Shown here in pieces: positions 18,178-30,000 of a DNA stretch of 64,000 nt. The notes beneath the pieces were generated by a model. The model did no database searches. It saw only the letters and a program-made list of their open reading frames with translations, and had not been told where the DNA came from. The translations under genes were made by a program, and so were the position numbers. How positions within the stretch are numbered: the stretch's first letter is position 1; every line of letters begins with the position of its first letter. Source of the DNA: Candidatus Multivoradales bacterium (GTDB lineage Bacteria > Acidobacteriota > Thermoanaerobaculia > Multivoradales > JAHEKO01); contig CBDCXM010000009.1 in NCBI GenBank assembly GCA_965223855.1, positions 2,720,001-2,784,000 on the forward strand, given 5' to 3'.

Positions 18178-19845
18178 TCACGAGCCCTTCCGCAGGGCGA
18201 TGACAAGCCCGGCGCCGAAGAGGGGAGCCCAGGCCCAGGCCGCACCGCCGGTCCCCAGGACGATCGCCCCGGCGACGAGGCAGAAGCCTCCCAGGATGGT
18301 GCTGCGGATGCCGGCGAACGGTGACGGCTGGCGGCGCCGCGTCGACTGCTCGAGTACCCGCAGGCCTTCGGTGACGAGCATCGGCGCCTTGACGAGCGCA
18401 TCGACCAGTTCCGGCGCCCCCCGCAGCCCTTCTCGGGCAAGTCGGAGCGGACTGAACTGCTGGAGGAAGAGCTGGTTGACGTGGCGGCGGGAGACCGCGG
18501 CGACGTCGAAGCCCGGCTTGAGCAGGTGCCCGACCCCCTCGAAGGTGACGATCGCCTTCACCATCAACACCATCTCGACCGGGAAGTACATCCGGAAGAT
18601 CCCCCCCTTGCCGACCGACTCGAGGATCAGCTGGCCGATCGAGAACTCCTCGAAGTTCGACGCCCGGTGCCAGCGCCGGCAGATCTCCTCGACGGCGCGG
18701 CGGAAGCCCTTGACGTCGCTGCCGGGGGCCGGCTCGGCGAGCGCGGCGAGGTAGCGGGCGGCGTTCTCGGCATCGCCCATCACGAGGCAGTAGTAGTAGT
18801 AGAGCAGCGTCCGCCGCAGTTCCTCGTCGAAGCGCCCCACCATGCCGAGGTCGATGAACCCCGCCTTGGGGCCCGGCAGGATCACGAGGTTGCCGGGATG
18901 GAGATCTGCGTGGAAGAAGCCGTCGCGGTAGAGCATGCGGATGATCGTGCCGGCGCCGACGTCGATGACGCGGTCGCGTTCCTCCTCGCTGAGCAGCGCC
19001 CGTGCCTCCTCGCCCGGCTGGACGCCGTCGAAGAACTCCATCACCAGCAGGCTCTCGGTGGTGTAGCGGCGGTCGATGTGCGGAAACACAGCGTCCGGCT
19101 CGTCCTTGAAGTTGGCGGCGAAGGTCTCTGCGTTGTCCGCCTCGAGGCGCAGATCGACTTCGCGCAGCGTGTAGTCGCAGAACTCGCGGATCACCCGCCG
19201 TGGTTGGAAGCGCTCGAGGAAGAGCTGGAGGAAGAAGCCGAGCGAACGCAGCAGGATGACGTCGCGTTTGATGACCTCGCGAATCCCCGGCTTGACGAGC
19301 TTGAGGATCACCGCGTCGCCGTCGCGGGTCGTCGCACGGTGGATCTGGCCGATCGACGCCGAACCGAGCGGCTCCTCGTCGATCACCTCGAAGACTTCGT
19401 CCCACGGCCCGCCGATCTCCTCCTCGACCAGTTCGAGGAAGCGCTCGTGGGAGACGGCCGGGAGACGGTCGAGCAGGTTCTTGAGCTCGTCGGTGATGTT
19501 GCGGGGCAGGAGGTCCTCCCGCAGGCTGAGGATCTGACCGAGCTTGATGTAGGTCGGGCCGAGCGTTTCGAGGCGCTTGCGCAGTTGCACCTCGAACGGG
19601 CGATCTCTGAGGTCGCGGTCGAGGAACGGACGGGTTACCGCCCGGAAGACGACCTGCAGCCGATAGAGGAAGCCGTGCCGCCGCTCGATCGGCCGCTGAT
19701 CGACCGCGGCGCCCAGCGCTCCGGCGAGGATGCCGGCAAGATGGCGGTGGCTGGTGAAGAAGCGTCGGATCAACCCCGGGGGGCGGCCTTCCACCAGCCT
19801 CTCGAAACGAGGCTCGGAGGTGGCGACGGGCGCCTTGGCGCTCAT
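18178..19845 (-). CDS. ABC1/UbiB/AarF atypical kinase
   Basis: LGPTYIKLGQ, SASIGQIH, FHADLHPGN, IDLGMVG and C-terminal TM helices. Confidence 0.92.
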   Translation of the reverse strand: MSAKAPVATSEPRFERLVEGRPPGLIRRFFTSHRHLAGILAGALGAAVDQRPIERRHGFLYRLQVVFRAVTRPFLDRDLRDRPFEVQLRKRLETLGPTYIKLGQILSLREDLLPRNITDELKNLLDRLPAVSHERFLELVEEEIGGPWDEVFEVIDEEPLGSASIGQIHRATTRDGDAVILKLVKPGIREVIKRDVILLRSLGFFLQLFLERFQPRRVIREFCDYTLREVDLRLEADNAETFAANFKDEPDAVFPHIDRRYTTESLLVMEFFDGVQPGEEARALLSEEERDRVIDVGAGTIIRMLYRDGFFHADLHPGNLVILPGPKAGFIDLGMVGRFDEELRRTLLYYYYCLVMGDAENAARYLAALAEPAPGSDVKGFRRAVEEICRRWHRASNFEEFSIGQLILESVGKGGIFRMYFPVEMVLMVKAIVTFEGVGHLLKPGFDVAAVSRRHVNQLFLQQFSPLRLAREGLRGAPELVDALVKAPMLVTEGLRVLEQSTRRRQPSPFAGIRSTILGGFCLVAGAIVLGTGGAAWAWAPLFGAGLVIALRKGS

Positions 19846-19888
19846 GCGCGGGCTCGGGCGGCGGAAAGGGGCATCGGCTCGTGCAAGC

Positions 19889-20073
19889 TTAGCCTGAACT
19901 TCTCACGCCAATGCACCCTGGAAGGCCGTATGTCGCTGAATCTACTTCGTTTTCCGGCCACTGCGCTCCTCGACGTAGCTATGGCTATGTCTCCGGTGCT
20001 CGCGGCCGGAAGCCTTGTATCTTCAGCAACCTACGGCCTTCCAGAGCACACCGGCGTGAGAAGTTTAGGCTAG
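19889..20073. mobile_element. MITE-like palindromic element, copy 2
   Basis: TAGCCTGAACTTCTCACGCC...GGCGTGAGAAGTTTAGGCTA; colinear with copy 1 apart from a ~15-bp indel. Confidence 0.85.
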
Positions 20074-20213
20074 TCGAGATCGACACGGCTCTGCGGCCGA
20101 CCGATGCCTCTTCGCCTTGTGAGTCGCCATGGCGGTTTGCTAAGTTCCCGCCGGTTCGAGGCGGTTCGAGACGAACCGGGGCGCTCAACGGCCCCCACCG
20201 CCACAACCTCGTC

Positions 20214-21524
20214 ATGGCCAACACCGTCGTCATCGGAATGCAGTTCGGGGACGAGGGGAAGGGCAAGGTCGTCGACCTGCTCTGCCCCGCCTTCGACGCC
20301 GTCGCGCGCTATCAGGGGGGCAACAACGCCGGACACACGGTCAAGTTCGGCGATCAGCACTTCGCCCTCCACCTGATTCCGTCCGGGATCCTCCACGAAG
20401 GATCACGGTGCCTCCTCGGCAACGGCATGGTGATCGACCCGGCGGCGTTCTTCCGTGAACTGGAGGGGTTGCAGCAGCAGGGGATTGCCACCGAGGGCCG
20501 CCTCTTCGTCTCCGATCGGGCGCATGCGCTCCTGCCGCACTACGGTCAACTCGATCGGCTGCGCGAGGCGGCGATGGGGAAGTCGTCGATCGGCACGACG
20601 GCACGCGGCATCGGCCCCGCCTACGAGATCAAGGCGGCGCGCTTCGGCCTGCGGCTCGGCGATCTGGTCGCGCGGGACCTGGAGGAGCGTCTCGACCTGC
20701 AGTTGCGCCGGCTCTTTCCGGAGCTCACGACGCTCGGCGCGCAGCCGCTGCCGGAGCTCGACGGTCTGGTGGAGCAGTGCCGCGAATGGGGCCTGCGACT
20801 GGAGCCCTATCTCGTCGACGGCAGCCTGTTCCTCGACGAGGCGATGAACGGCGACAAGGGGGTGCTGTTCGAGGGGGCGCAAGGAACGTTGCTCGACCTC
20901 GACCACGGCACGTATCCGTTCGTCACCAGCTCGAGCTCGACCGCCGGCGGGGCAGCCGTCGGTTGCGGTATCGCGCCGACCCGCCTCGATGGGGCGATCG
21001 GTGTGCTCAAGGCCTACACGACCCGGGTCGGCAAGGGACCGTTCCCGTCGGAGCTCGAGGACGAAGTCGGCGCCCTGCTGGGCGAGCGCGGCCACGAGTT
21101 CGGCACCACCACCGGCCGTCCCCGGCGCTGCGGTTGGCTCGACATCGTGGCGGCGCGCTACGCGCGGCGCATCAACGGTGTCGACACAGTCGCTCTCACC
21201 AAGCTCGACGTCCTCGACGGTCTCGACGAACTCAAGCTGTGCGTCGGCTACCGGATCGACGGTGAGCCGGTGAACGAGATGCCGGCGCGCACCGACGATC
21301 TGGCGCGCGCCGAGCCGGTGTACCACGCGATCCCGGGATGGCAGGGATCGACCGCCGGCGTCACCCGCTGGGAAGACCTTCCCGAGGAGGCGCGCCGCTA
21401 CGTCGAGGTGATCGAGACCGAGCTCGGTGTTCCGGTCGGCCTCGTCTCCACCGGCCCGAAGCGCGAGGAGACGATCGTTCGCAACGAGGCGAAGCTCGTC
21501 GAATTGACCAACGGGTCGCTCTGA
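20214..21524 (+). CDS. purA: Adenylosuccinate synthetase
   Basis: QFGDEGKGK, GGNNAGHT, EGAQG, TTTGRPRRCGW and TKLDVL. Confidence 0.97.
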   Translation: MANTVVIGMQFGDEGKGKVVDLLCPAFDAVARYQGGNNAGHTVKFGDQHFALHLIPSGILHEGSRCLLGNGMVIDPAAFFRELEGLQQQGIATEGRLFVSDRAHALLPHYGQLDRLREAAMGKSSIGTTARGIGPAYEIKAARFGLRLGDLVARDLEERLDLQLRRLFPELTTLGAQPLPELDGLVEQCREWGLRLEPYLVDGSLFLDEAMNGDKGVLFEGAQGTLLDLDHGTYPFVTSSSSTAGGAAVGCGIAPTRLDGAIGVLKAYTTRVGKGPFPSELEDEVGALLGERGHEFGTTTGRPRRCGWLDIVAARYARRINGVDTVALTKLDVLDGLDELKLCVGYRIDGEPVNEMPARTDDLARAEPVYHAIPGWQGSTAGVTRWEDLPEEARRYVEVIETELGVPVGLVSTGPKREETIVRNEAKLVELTNGSL

Positions 21525-21597
21525 CCGCAGGCGCGCGAGCGCCGTATACTGCCGCGCGTGCAGCCGACCGGTCGTTGCCGACCGACCTTCCCACAGC

Positions 21598-21673
21598 GGG
21601 CCCTTAGCTCAGTTGGTAGAGCAGCAGACTTTTAATCTGATGGTCGTAGGTTCGATCCCTACAGGGCCCACCA
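21598..21673 (+). tRNA. tRNA-Lys(TTT)
   Basis: GGGCCCTTAGCTCAGTTGGTAGAGC...CTTTTAA...GGTTCGATCC...AGGGCCCACCA, 76 nt with encoded CCA; TATACT at 21545. Confidence 0.97.
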
Positions 21674-21859
21674 TCTCAGGTCTCCGCTCCAGCGTGTCGC
21701 CGAGGCCACCTGGAGTCCGGGCACTCAGCACTTCGGAATCGGCCAGGCGCGACCTGCGGATCTCGACGTAGTTGCACCGGAACGCGGATTGGAGACGTCG
21801 AGCCTAGTCCGGGCCGACGGTCTTGCGGTCCAAGGCTGCTGGTGTAGCGTTGACCGACC

Positions 21860-23731
21860 GTGAGTCCCAAGTGGGTAGACGACACGCACTACGTCATCGT
21901 GGTGCACGGCACGTGGAATGCCCCCGAGCCGGACCAGGTGAAGTGGTACGAGCCCGGCGGGAGCTTTTCGGACGAGCTGGCGAAGCAGTTGGCCGGCGGC
22001 GACCTGGAGGGTTCGGTCTGGCGAGGTCTGGGGGAGCGGGAGATCTCGTTCTGCTGGTCGGGAAGGAACAAGCACGAAGATCGTCTCGAAGGGGCAAAGC
22101 GACTTTGCGACCTGATGTTCAGGATCCGCAGCGAGGATCCGAGCGCGCGAATCCATCTCGTCTCGCACAGCCATGGCGGCAACGTAGTCCTCAAGGCGAT
22201 CGAGTATTACTTCAAGGCTCTCTCCGAGGAGGCCGAGGAGATCGGGCGAACCTACATCGAGCAGCTCGACGCCGCTGAAGACCTGCTGACAAGACACTCG
22301 AGTGCCCTGGACGAAGTCGAGGAGTCGCTGCCTCTCGCCGTGGCGGAGCACGTTCAGGGAGAACCGGAAGCGTTCCTCAGGGCGCGCAGAGCCGCCCTCG
22401 GTCTGGCAACCCACGAGGTGGCCGATGTAGTTCTGGGGTTCGTTCGCTCGACTGCGAGAGGCATCGGCCCATGGTTGGAACGGTTCGGCTTGCGCCGCTT
22501 CCGACTGGCCGGCTGGATCCGCGACGCTGGAGACCGGATCGCTATCCCCTGGTGCAGCTACTCCGACTCCCACCGGCTTGGGCGGCTGGTCTTCCTCGGT
22601 GTGCCGTTCCTCCAGAAGCGTTGGCGGGTGCATGACCTGTCGACCGCCCGGTTGCTCTCTCTCCTTGGGGGTGCGGTCTTCGGCGTCCTGCTGGCTGCCG
22701 CCGCTCTTCACTACGCACTCTTCGCGGTCGGAGCTCTGATTCACTCCTGGACGACAGCGGTGCCCTTCGCAGGGTGGCATCCATCGGAGTGGCCGGAGTG
22801 GCACTGGTGGCTTCTCCTGGCGATCTTCGCGCTCCTGTCGTCGATCATGCTCCTCGATCGGCTCCGGCTCGGACCGCCGCGTGCCGACGCGAACCACTAC
22901 TTCGACATCCTCAACAGCTCGATGAGCATCGATGGTCGCGCCACAGCACTGGAGAGTCTCGTGATCTCGGCTCGGCAGCTCGACGAAGCGCTTCTGGCGC
23001 TGTCAGCCGACCCCTTCGTGCACGCGAGAGTCCTGCCACTTCTCGACGAGCTGACACGGCCGAAGCCTCCACAGCGACCTCGTCGACGTGGTGGTCGAGG
23101 GGCGGGCGTCAGCAAGCTGGCCTCTTCCGAGTTCTTCCGCGAGATTGCGCGGCTGCCGCTTCTTCCTCTGCAGATCCTTGCAAGAGGGGTCGCCACGACG
23201 GGGTTGTTCCTGCTCCGGCCGGTGCTGGTACCTCTTCTGGGAAGCGCCTTCCAGCGAGTCGCTTCGGCCGCGGGCTCGGGGCTGCCGACCCACGAGATGT
23301 CGATGGCCTTCGTACAGGTCACCGAGGGGATCTGTGAGTCGAGGATTTTCAGGCCCGAGTGGGCTTGGGACGTTTCGCGGCGACTTTCCGGGATCGCCAT
23401 TACACGTCCCGGCGCGTCCGACGCGGGGAGCCGATTCGAGTTTCTTTGGGACGATGAGGCTCTCGCGACGAGGGCGGCGAGGTCCGACACCTGGAGCGGG
23501 CTGGAGGACCGGGTTCCTGACATCCTGGGGCGCTTCGCCGCGGAGGAGCGGCCGGAGGAGCTGAGACGCCTGATGAGGGTCTGCTTGATGCTCGAGGAGC
23601 GTGTACGAGAGCTCGGCGGCGCGGTCGAGCTGGCGCACTCGCAGTATTACGGAGACCCGGAGGTGGTCGCGGCCGTCGCTCGTTTTCTCGAGTCGGGGGA
23701 GACTCCGGCTGGAGTGGTGCAACGCGCCTGA
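21860..23731 (+). CDS. Membrane-associated alpha/beta-hydrolase-like protein
   Basis: VVHGTW, SHSHGG nucleophile elbow, LGVPF, central hydrophobic helices and C-terminal AHSQYY. Confidence 0.7.
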   Translation: MSPKWVDDTHYVIVVHGTWNAPEPDQVKWYEPGGSFSDELAKQLAGGDLEGSVWRGLGEREISFCWSGRNKHEDRLEGAKRLCDLMFRIRSEDPSARIHLVSHSHGGNVVLKAIEYYFKALSEEAEEIGRTYIEQLDAAEDLLTRHSSALDEVEESLPLAVAEHVQGEPEAFLRARRAALGLATHEVADVVLGFVRSTARGIGPWLERFGLRRFRLAGWIRDAGDRIAIPWCSYSDSHRLGRLVFLGVPFLQKRWRVHDLSTARLLSLLGGAVFGVLLAAAALHYALFAVGALIHSWTTAVPFAGWHPSEWPEWHWWLLLAIFALLSSIMLLDRLRLGPPRADANHYFDILNSSMSIDGRATALESLVISARQLDEALLALSADPFVHARVLPLLDELTRPKPPQRPRRRGGRGAGVSKLASSEFFREIARLPLLPLQILARGVATTGLFLLRPVLVPLLGSAFQRVASAAGSGLPTHEMSMAFVQVTEGICESRIFRPEWAWDVSRRLSGIAITRPGASDAGSRFEFLWDDEALATRAARSDTWSGLEDRVPDILGRFAAEERPEELRRLMRVCLMLEERVRELGGAVELAHSQYYGDPEVVAAVARFLESGETPAGVVQRA

Positions 23732-24059
23732 CCGCCGCGCTGGTCAAGCCGAACGGGCGGGAGGCGACGACATCGCAGTCTAGTCGAGAGAGCCCGACCG
23801 GATGGCGCGGCCCGGTCGCCGAGTTCCCTCCCTTCCAGGGCAGTCAGCCTCCGAAATGGGAGCGGGAGGGAGCTGGGGTGCAGATGGGCCTATGGTCGAT
23901 CTCGAGTGGGTGCAAGAGCGCCCTGTGATACCCTCACATTTCACCAATTACAACTTGAGAATGTAGTTGCACTGGCGGAGGCCGGCGCGCATCGTCTGGC
24001 TCAGTTCCAGGACGAGCACGGCGTAGCGAAGAGTCTCGGCAGCCGAGGGGGAGGCTGGA

Positions 24060-27000
24060 ATGGGAGAACCTCGTAGGCGGGTGAAGGGGATCGACGTGGC
24101 TCGGCTTGTCGCAGCCCTTCTGCTGGCGGCCCCGGCCTCATCGGCCGGTAGCGAACAGGCCGTCGGCGCGATCAACGGGTCCTTCAGTGTCGGCGCGGAT
24201 GGCGGCGCCACCTACAACGTCGGAATTCGCGTGCCGCCAGGGACGGGCGGCATGCAGCCGCAGCTGGCGCTGTCCTACGACAGCCGGGAAGGCAACGGAA
24301 TGCTCGGTGTCGGTTGGCAGCTGTCGGGCCTGTCTGCCATCCAGCGCTGCCCGGCAACGGTACGCCAGGACGGCTTTCCCTGCGGCGTGAACTACGACCA
24401 GCACGACCGGTTTTGCCTCGACGGGGAGCGCCTGGTCAATATCGCCAGCCCGACCACCGACGGGGTCTGTCACGACAACGCAGACGACAACTACTACCAG
24501 CCAGGCGCGATCTATCACACCGAGCATGAGAGTTGGCGCCGGATCCAATCCGTCGATGCCACCCCTGACGGCGAGACCTGCGGCAACGGCCCTTGCGCGT
24601 TCGTCGTTACAGACAGCCGTGGGTGGACCCTCGAGTATGGCGCGCCCGAGGACGCAACTCCCGACCCCTTCGGCGCTCGTGTCTACGACTCTGAAGGCGC
24701 GGGCGTCAGGGTCTGGTCGCTCAACCGTGTCACCGATTTGCATGGCAACTCGATGGAGATCTCCTACACACAGGCACCGCTGGGCGCGGGCCGCGAAGCA
24801 TCAGGGGGATCCGCCGCCTTCCCGTGCGCGAGCGGTAGCGCTGAGACGAGCGATCCTTCGAGCACCGGCTACGACTTCTCGCCGACCGAAGACACCTACC
24901 CGTGCCGGATCGACTACACCCTCAATGACGATGGGGGCCTTCCGGCCCGGCGCAGTGTGCTCTTCGGCTACCAGGCCCGGCCCGACTACGACGTCCTGCA
25001 AAGCAACAGGGGGGGCGGCATCGTGCAGACCTCGGCACGGCTCGCCTCGGTGGGAACCTACGTGACCGCCGGGTCCGGAGAGGAGGAGAGCACGGTCACC
25101 ACATATGCCCTGGCCTTCGACGACGACACGATCTGCTCCGACTCCAGCTCTCAGCGCACGACCTGCCGCAGCCGAGTCGCGAGTCTGACGGAGTGCGGCG
25201 GCGACGGCCTCTGCTTCCCGCCGACCGTCTTTTCGTACCAGGCCCGAGAGTTGGAGTTCGAGACGCTGTCTGAAAGTCCGCTCTCGACGGTTGGATGCGA
25301 AAGCGCCCCTGCTTGGGCGGACTTCGACGGCGACGGACTGACCGATTGGATCTGTAGCTACGGCAGCGAAGTCACTGTGCAGCTCGGTAGCTCGGTGGAC
25401 CGCGATCAGCCCGACGATTGGGCGGGTTCGGTGATCACTCAAGACGGTCTCGACGAGTGTCAGGCAGTCCAATGGAGCGACTTCAACGGTGACGGGCGCG
25501 ACGACTGGATCTGCTTCGACGGCGACACCATTCAGGTGTACATCTTCACCGACGAGACGGTCTGGTCGTGGAACTCGACCGACGACTCCGACGACATCGA
25601 GATCGAGTGCTCGAGCTCCGACACCTGGCAGTTCACCGACGTCAATAGTGACGGAATGACGGACTGGGTCTGCGCCGACGTCAGCGGTACCTATGTCCTC
25701 TTGTCGACCGGGGATGGCATGGAGCCGCCGAATGGCGCCGATTCGACTGGCGAGATCTTCGTCTCCGTGGATGGGGCGTCGACGTCGATCGCATGCGAGG
25801 TGGCATTCAAGTGGGTCGACTTCGATGGGGATGGTTCCGTTGATGCCACCTGCAATGACACGAACACCGGGGGACTCTGGGTTCTGCTCTCCACAGGAGG
25901 TGGTCTGGCGGACGCCACGGACCTGCCGTACACGGAGGACTTGAGTTCCGGACCAGCAGCCTGCGCGAGCAGCGACATGACCCCCCACTGGGTCGACTTC
26001 AACGGCGACGGGTTGCAGGACTGGACCTGTTCCACACTCGGAGAGCCGGGATTCCAGGTCCTGCTTTCGACCGGAAGAGATCTCGTGGCGAGCGCGATCT
26101 CCAACGAGGCCCTGGGTTCGTGGAGCTGCGACGGGAGCTCGCAGTTTGACTGGACCGACCTGAATGGCGATGGCATGCAGGACCCGACCTGTTGGGTCGT
26201 CGAAGGGTCCGGGGCATACGTCTCCGCTCTCGTCTCGACCGGCTCCGACATCGTGAGCTTCGCCGACCTCGGCGAGGACATGGACTGTGGGGTGCCGGCG
26301 GACTGGCGCGACCTGACCGGCGAGGGCTTGAGCAACTGGCTCTGCACGGCGGACACCGAAGTGACGGTGTACGTTCCAGCCTTCACCTATCCGGATCTCA
26401 TCGTCTCGATCGAGAACGGCCTCGGCGGGGAGGTGCACGTCGAGTACCTGCCGCTGAGCGACCCGGACGTCTACACGCCTGGCGACGGCGACAGCGACGG
26501 CGGAAGCTCGGCGGCAGCCGAGGCCCAACGCCTGGTCAACAACCAGGCCAACGACGCCTACCCCCTCCAGGAGGTAGAGAGCTCGCTCTACGTCGTCCGA
26601 GAGGCGACGCGCAGCGATGGGCGTGGAAATCGCTACAGGTACGAGTATCAGTACGCAGGCGGGCTCTACGACTTCCAGGGGCGCGGCTGGCTCGGGTTCG
26701 AGACCGTCACGAGGGACGACAGGCAGTTGTACAGCCGTCAGGTCACGACCTACAGCCAGGACTTTCCGTTCGAGGGCAAGCCGCTTTCACGAGAGTTGTT
26801 GTGCCTCGAGGGGTCCACCGACCCTGGCTGCGCCGTCGTGAACGACGCTTGCACCTACGTCGACGAGGGCGGCCAGCCACGACTCAAGTTCGAGAGCTGG
26901 GACTACTACTGCGCGAATCCGACGAGCGCGGGGCGGGAGGGTAGCTGTCAGGTAACCCCCAGCGACCCGTCCGCGGGGACCGGTTGTTGGGACGACAACT

Positions 27001-30000
27001 GGCAGCAATCAGACGGGAGTTACCGCACCGAAGATCCACTGTTCGAGCCCTTCGCGTGCGTCTACCAGGCGCTCAAAGAGAGTCGCCGGACCGACTACTA
27101 CACCTACGGCTGCTACGACTACTCGCTCGGAAAGGAGTACAGCTACGGCGCGAGCACCAACTCGGTTGTCGTGCCGCGTGGTGACGGCAGCACGGAGCAG
27201 CAGGTCTCGCTGGGGATCGTCAGCCAGCAGACGGACCTCAATTACGTCGGGATGGACGGTGACGACGAGAGCTCGGGCGACAACGTCATCACCTCGTCGC
27301 AGTACTACAACCTGGTGGATGACGAGGACTGGCTGATCGGTTTCCCGACCCAGCAGCAGGTCACCTCTGCCGCAGGCGACCTCCTGCGCCAGACCGAGAT
27401 CTACTACGACTATCCCGAGTCAGCTCCGGGTCCCGATGGATGCACGCCGCCCGACTGGAGCGGCTACGGAGGCACGATGAGTGCCATCTGCCAGCAGAAA
27501 CTCGCCTCGTATCAGGACTGGAGTGCCGAGGACTCCGCTTGCGTCGACTCCGAGACTGCCGCCAGGGCTCTGTCGACGACCTATTCGTACGATGCCTTCG
27601 GCAATGCAGTGAGCGTCACCGATCCGGCCGGCAACACGACGACTACGAGCTTCGACTCCGGATACCAGACGTTCCCGAGGCACAAGACATGGCCGAACGG
27701 TATGACTGCGTCTTACGTCTACGATGCCGGGCTCGGCAAGCTCTTGAGCACCACCGATGTCAACTCGAACCACTTCTCCCACGAGTACGACTCCCTCGGT
27801 CGCCGTCTCGCGGACTATGGGCCGAACGACGGCGACCAGGACTACGGGAGCCCCACAACGCTCGCCACCTACACCTGGGCCACTGACGATGTGGAGGGTC
27901 AGGCCCGCTATTACCGGCAGGTCGATCGCAGCACCGACTGGGACGACGCTTCTCGGACCTTGTGGTCGCGCACCTACGTCGATGGCCTCGGTCGATCCTA
28001 CAGAACGGTGGCCGAGGGGCCGGACGAGGACAGCAATATCGTCAGCTCGAAGAGCTACCTGACGCCCTCCCTCGTGGCGACCCGGACCGAGCCCTTCTAC
28101 TGCGACGGCACCGACTGCGGTCCTCCCATCGAAGACACCGAGGTCTGCGGCACCTGGGACTTCCCCTACACCGCCTTCACCTACGACGCCTACGGGCGGA
28201 CCACGCAGATGCTGGCGCCCTTCGGCACCCGAGGCACATTCCAGTGTACGACCAGCCAATGGGCGTACACCGATTCGGCAACCACCACCAGCACGATGGC
28301 CGTCGGCGAACCGGAATCGACCTTCCAGACCGTGCGCTACGAATACTACGACTCGATCCGCCGCACGGCCTGGAGTGGAACACCGTTCGCGACCGGGGCG
28401 ACAGAGTGCGATCCCGACAGTTCGGACGCCGCCTCCGAGTGCTCGGTCACCACGTTCGCCTACGACGTCCTGGGCCGGGTGCACACGGTGACCGACCCGA
28501 CCGGCGCGACGACCTCGTACTGCTACGACTCGCTCGACCGGCTGCAGTCCTATGTCGCTTCAGATGCCTTCGACTTCTCCTACACCTGGGATGCAGACAC
28601 ACCCGGCCAGATGACGCGCCGCTCCGATGGCGTGGGGCAGGAGCTGGTCTACGGGTACGACGAACTCAACCGGGTCACCAGCAAGACGGTCGTCGGCAGC
28701 GACCAGCGAGTCACACGGACGATCACCCACACCTGGGACGACGCCGGGGCCGGTCGCAGTGCCAACGCGATCGGCCGGCTGACGGCGGTCAACGTCGTGG
28801 AAGCTGACGAGCAGGTTATCGACTACACCGACTACCAGTACGACTCCTACGGCCGGCGTAGTGAAGGCACCGTAGCTCTTGGCCCGCAACTGTCGCCCGA
28901 CGGCGTAGCCCGTGACTACACGTTCTCCACCTCGCGCGACCCCCTGGGACGCCCGATCACCCACGACAATCCTGACGGCTCGGTGGTCGAGTTCTCCTTC
29001 GACGATGCGGGTCGCCTCGAGGGCGCCACCATGTCCGACTCCGGCGGCGCCGAGCTCGCGGGCGTGAACTACGAGAGTTACAACGCCCTCTCCCAGCCGA
29101 CGACGCTCGACTACACGAACGGACTGAGTGCCTTCTATACCTACGACGCCCGCGGCAACATGCTGACCCACATCCTCGAGTCGAGCGATTCGAAGCTGAT
29201 CGACAACGCCTTCGTCTGGGATCAGCTCAGTCAGGTCGACTCGATCACCGATCAGCTGGCGAACTCGGGAGAGAGAGTCGAAACCAGCCAGGACTTCACC
29301 CTCGAGAACCAACGCCTCGTCTACGCGGAGGCCGAGAGCTACGGCGGCATCAGCTACGCGTACGACGTCGGCGGGAGGCTCACGGAAGTCGCCGACTCCG
29401 ATGGCGACAGTGTCGCCTACCTCTACGACCACGATGAGGAGGGTTTGCCGGTGCAGTGTGGCCTCGACCAGGCAGACGCGGCGAGCTCGTGTCCCGGGTC
29501 GAGCGATGCCAGCGTCGTCTACTGGGGCAGTTACGACGCCAGCGGCAACCTCACTAGTGCGACCTCGGCGGACGCCAGCTGGAGCTACACGTACGACCCC
29601 GAGAATCGACTTGTCGAGGCCGTCGCCACTGAGTCGGGAACCGCGTCCAGGTCGACGACTCTGACCGGACAGTACACCTACGATCATCGCGGTCGCCGCA
29701 TTCAGAAGATCGATGCCTGGGACCACACCACGCTATACGTCGCTCCGGGCTACGAAGTGGACTTCGCACCCGAAGGAGACGGAACCTACGCTATCGAGTA
29801 CACGCGCTACCTGCTCTCGCCAGGCGGAAAGATCGCTGCGGTCACTGGCGAGGGTGATGGCCTTCCGTCTGGAGACACGACGGACAGCGCGGCGAGCGGG
29901 ACAGCAGATGACCCAACCGCCTGCAGCGTCAGCAGTCTTGCCGAAGGGGAGGCCGGGATCCCGACGGAAGGGACCTTCTTCTTCCACCAGGATCATCTCG

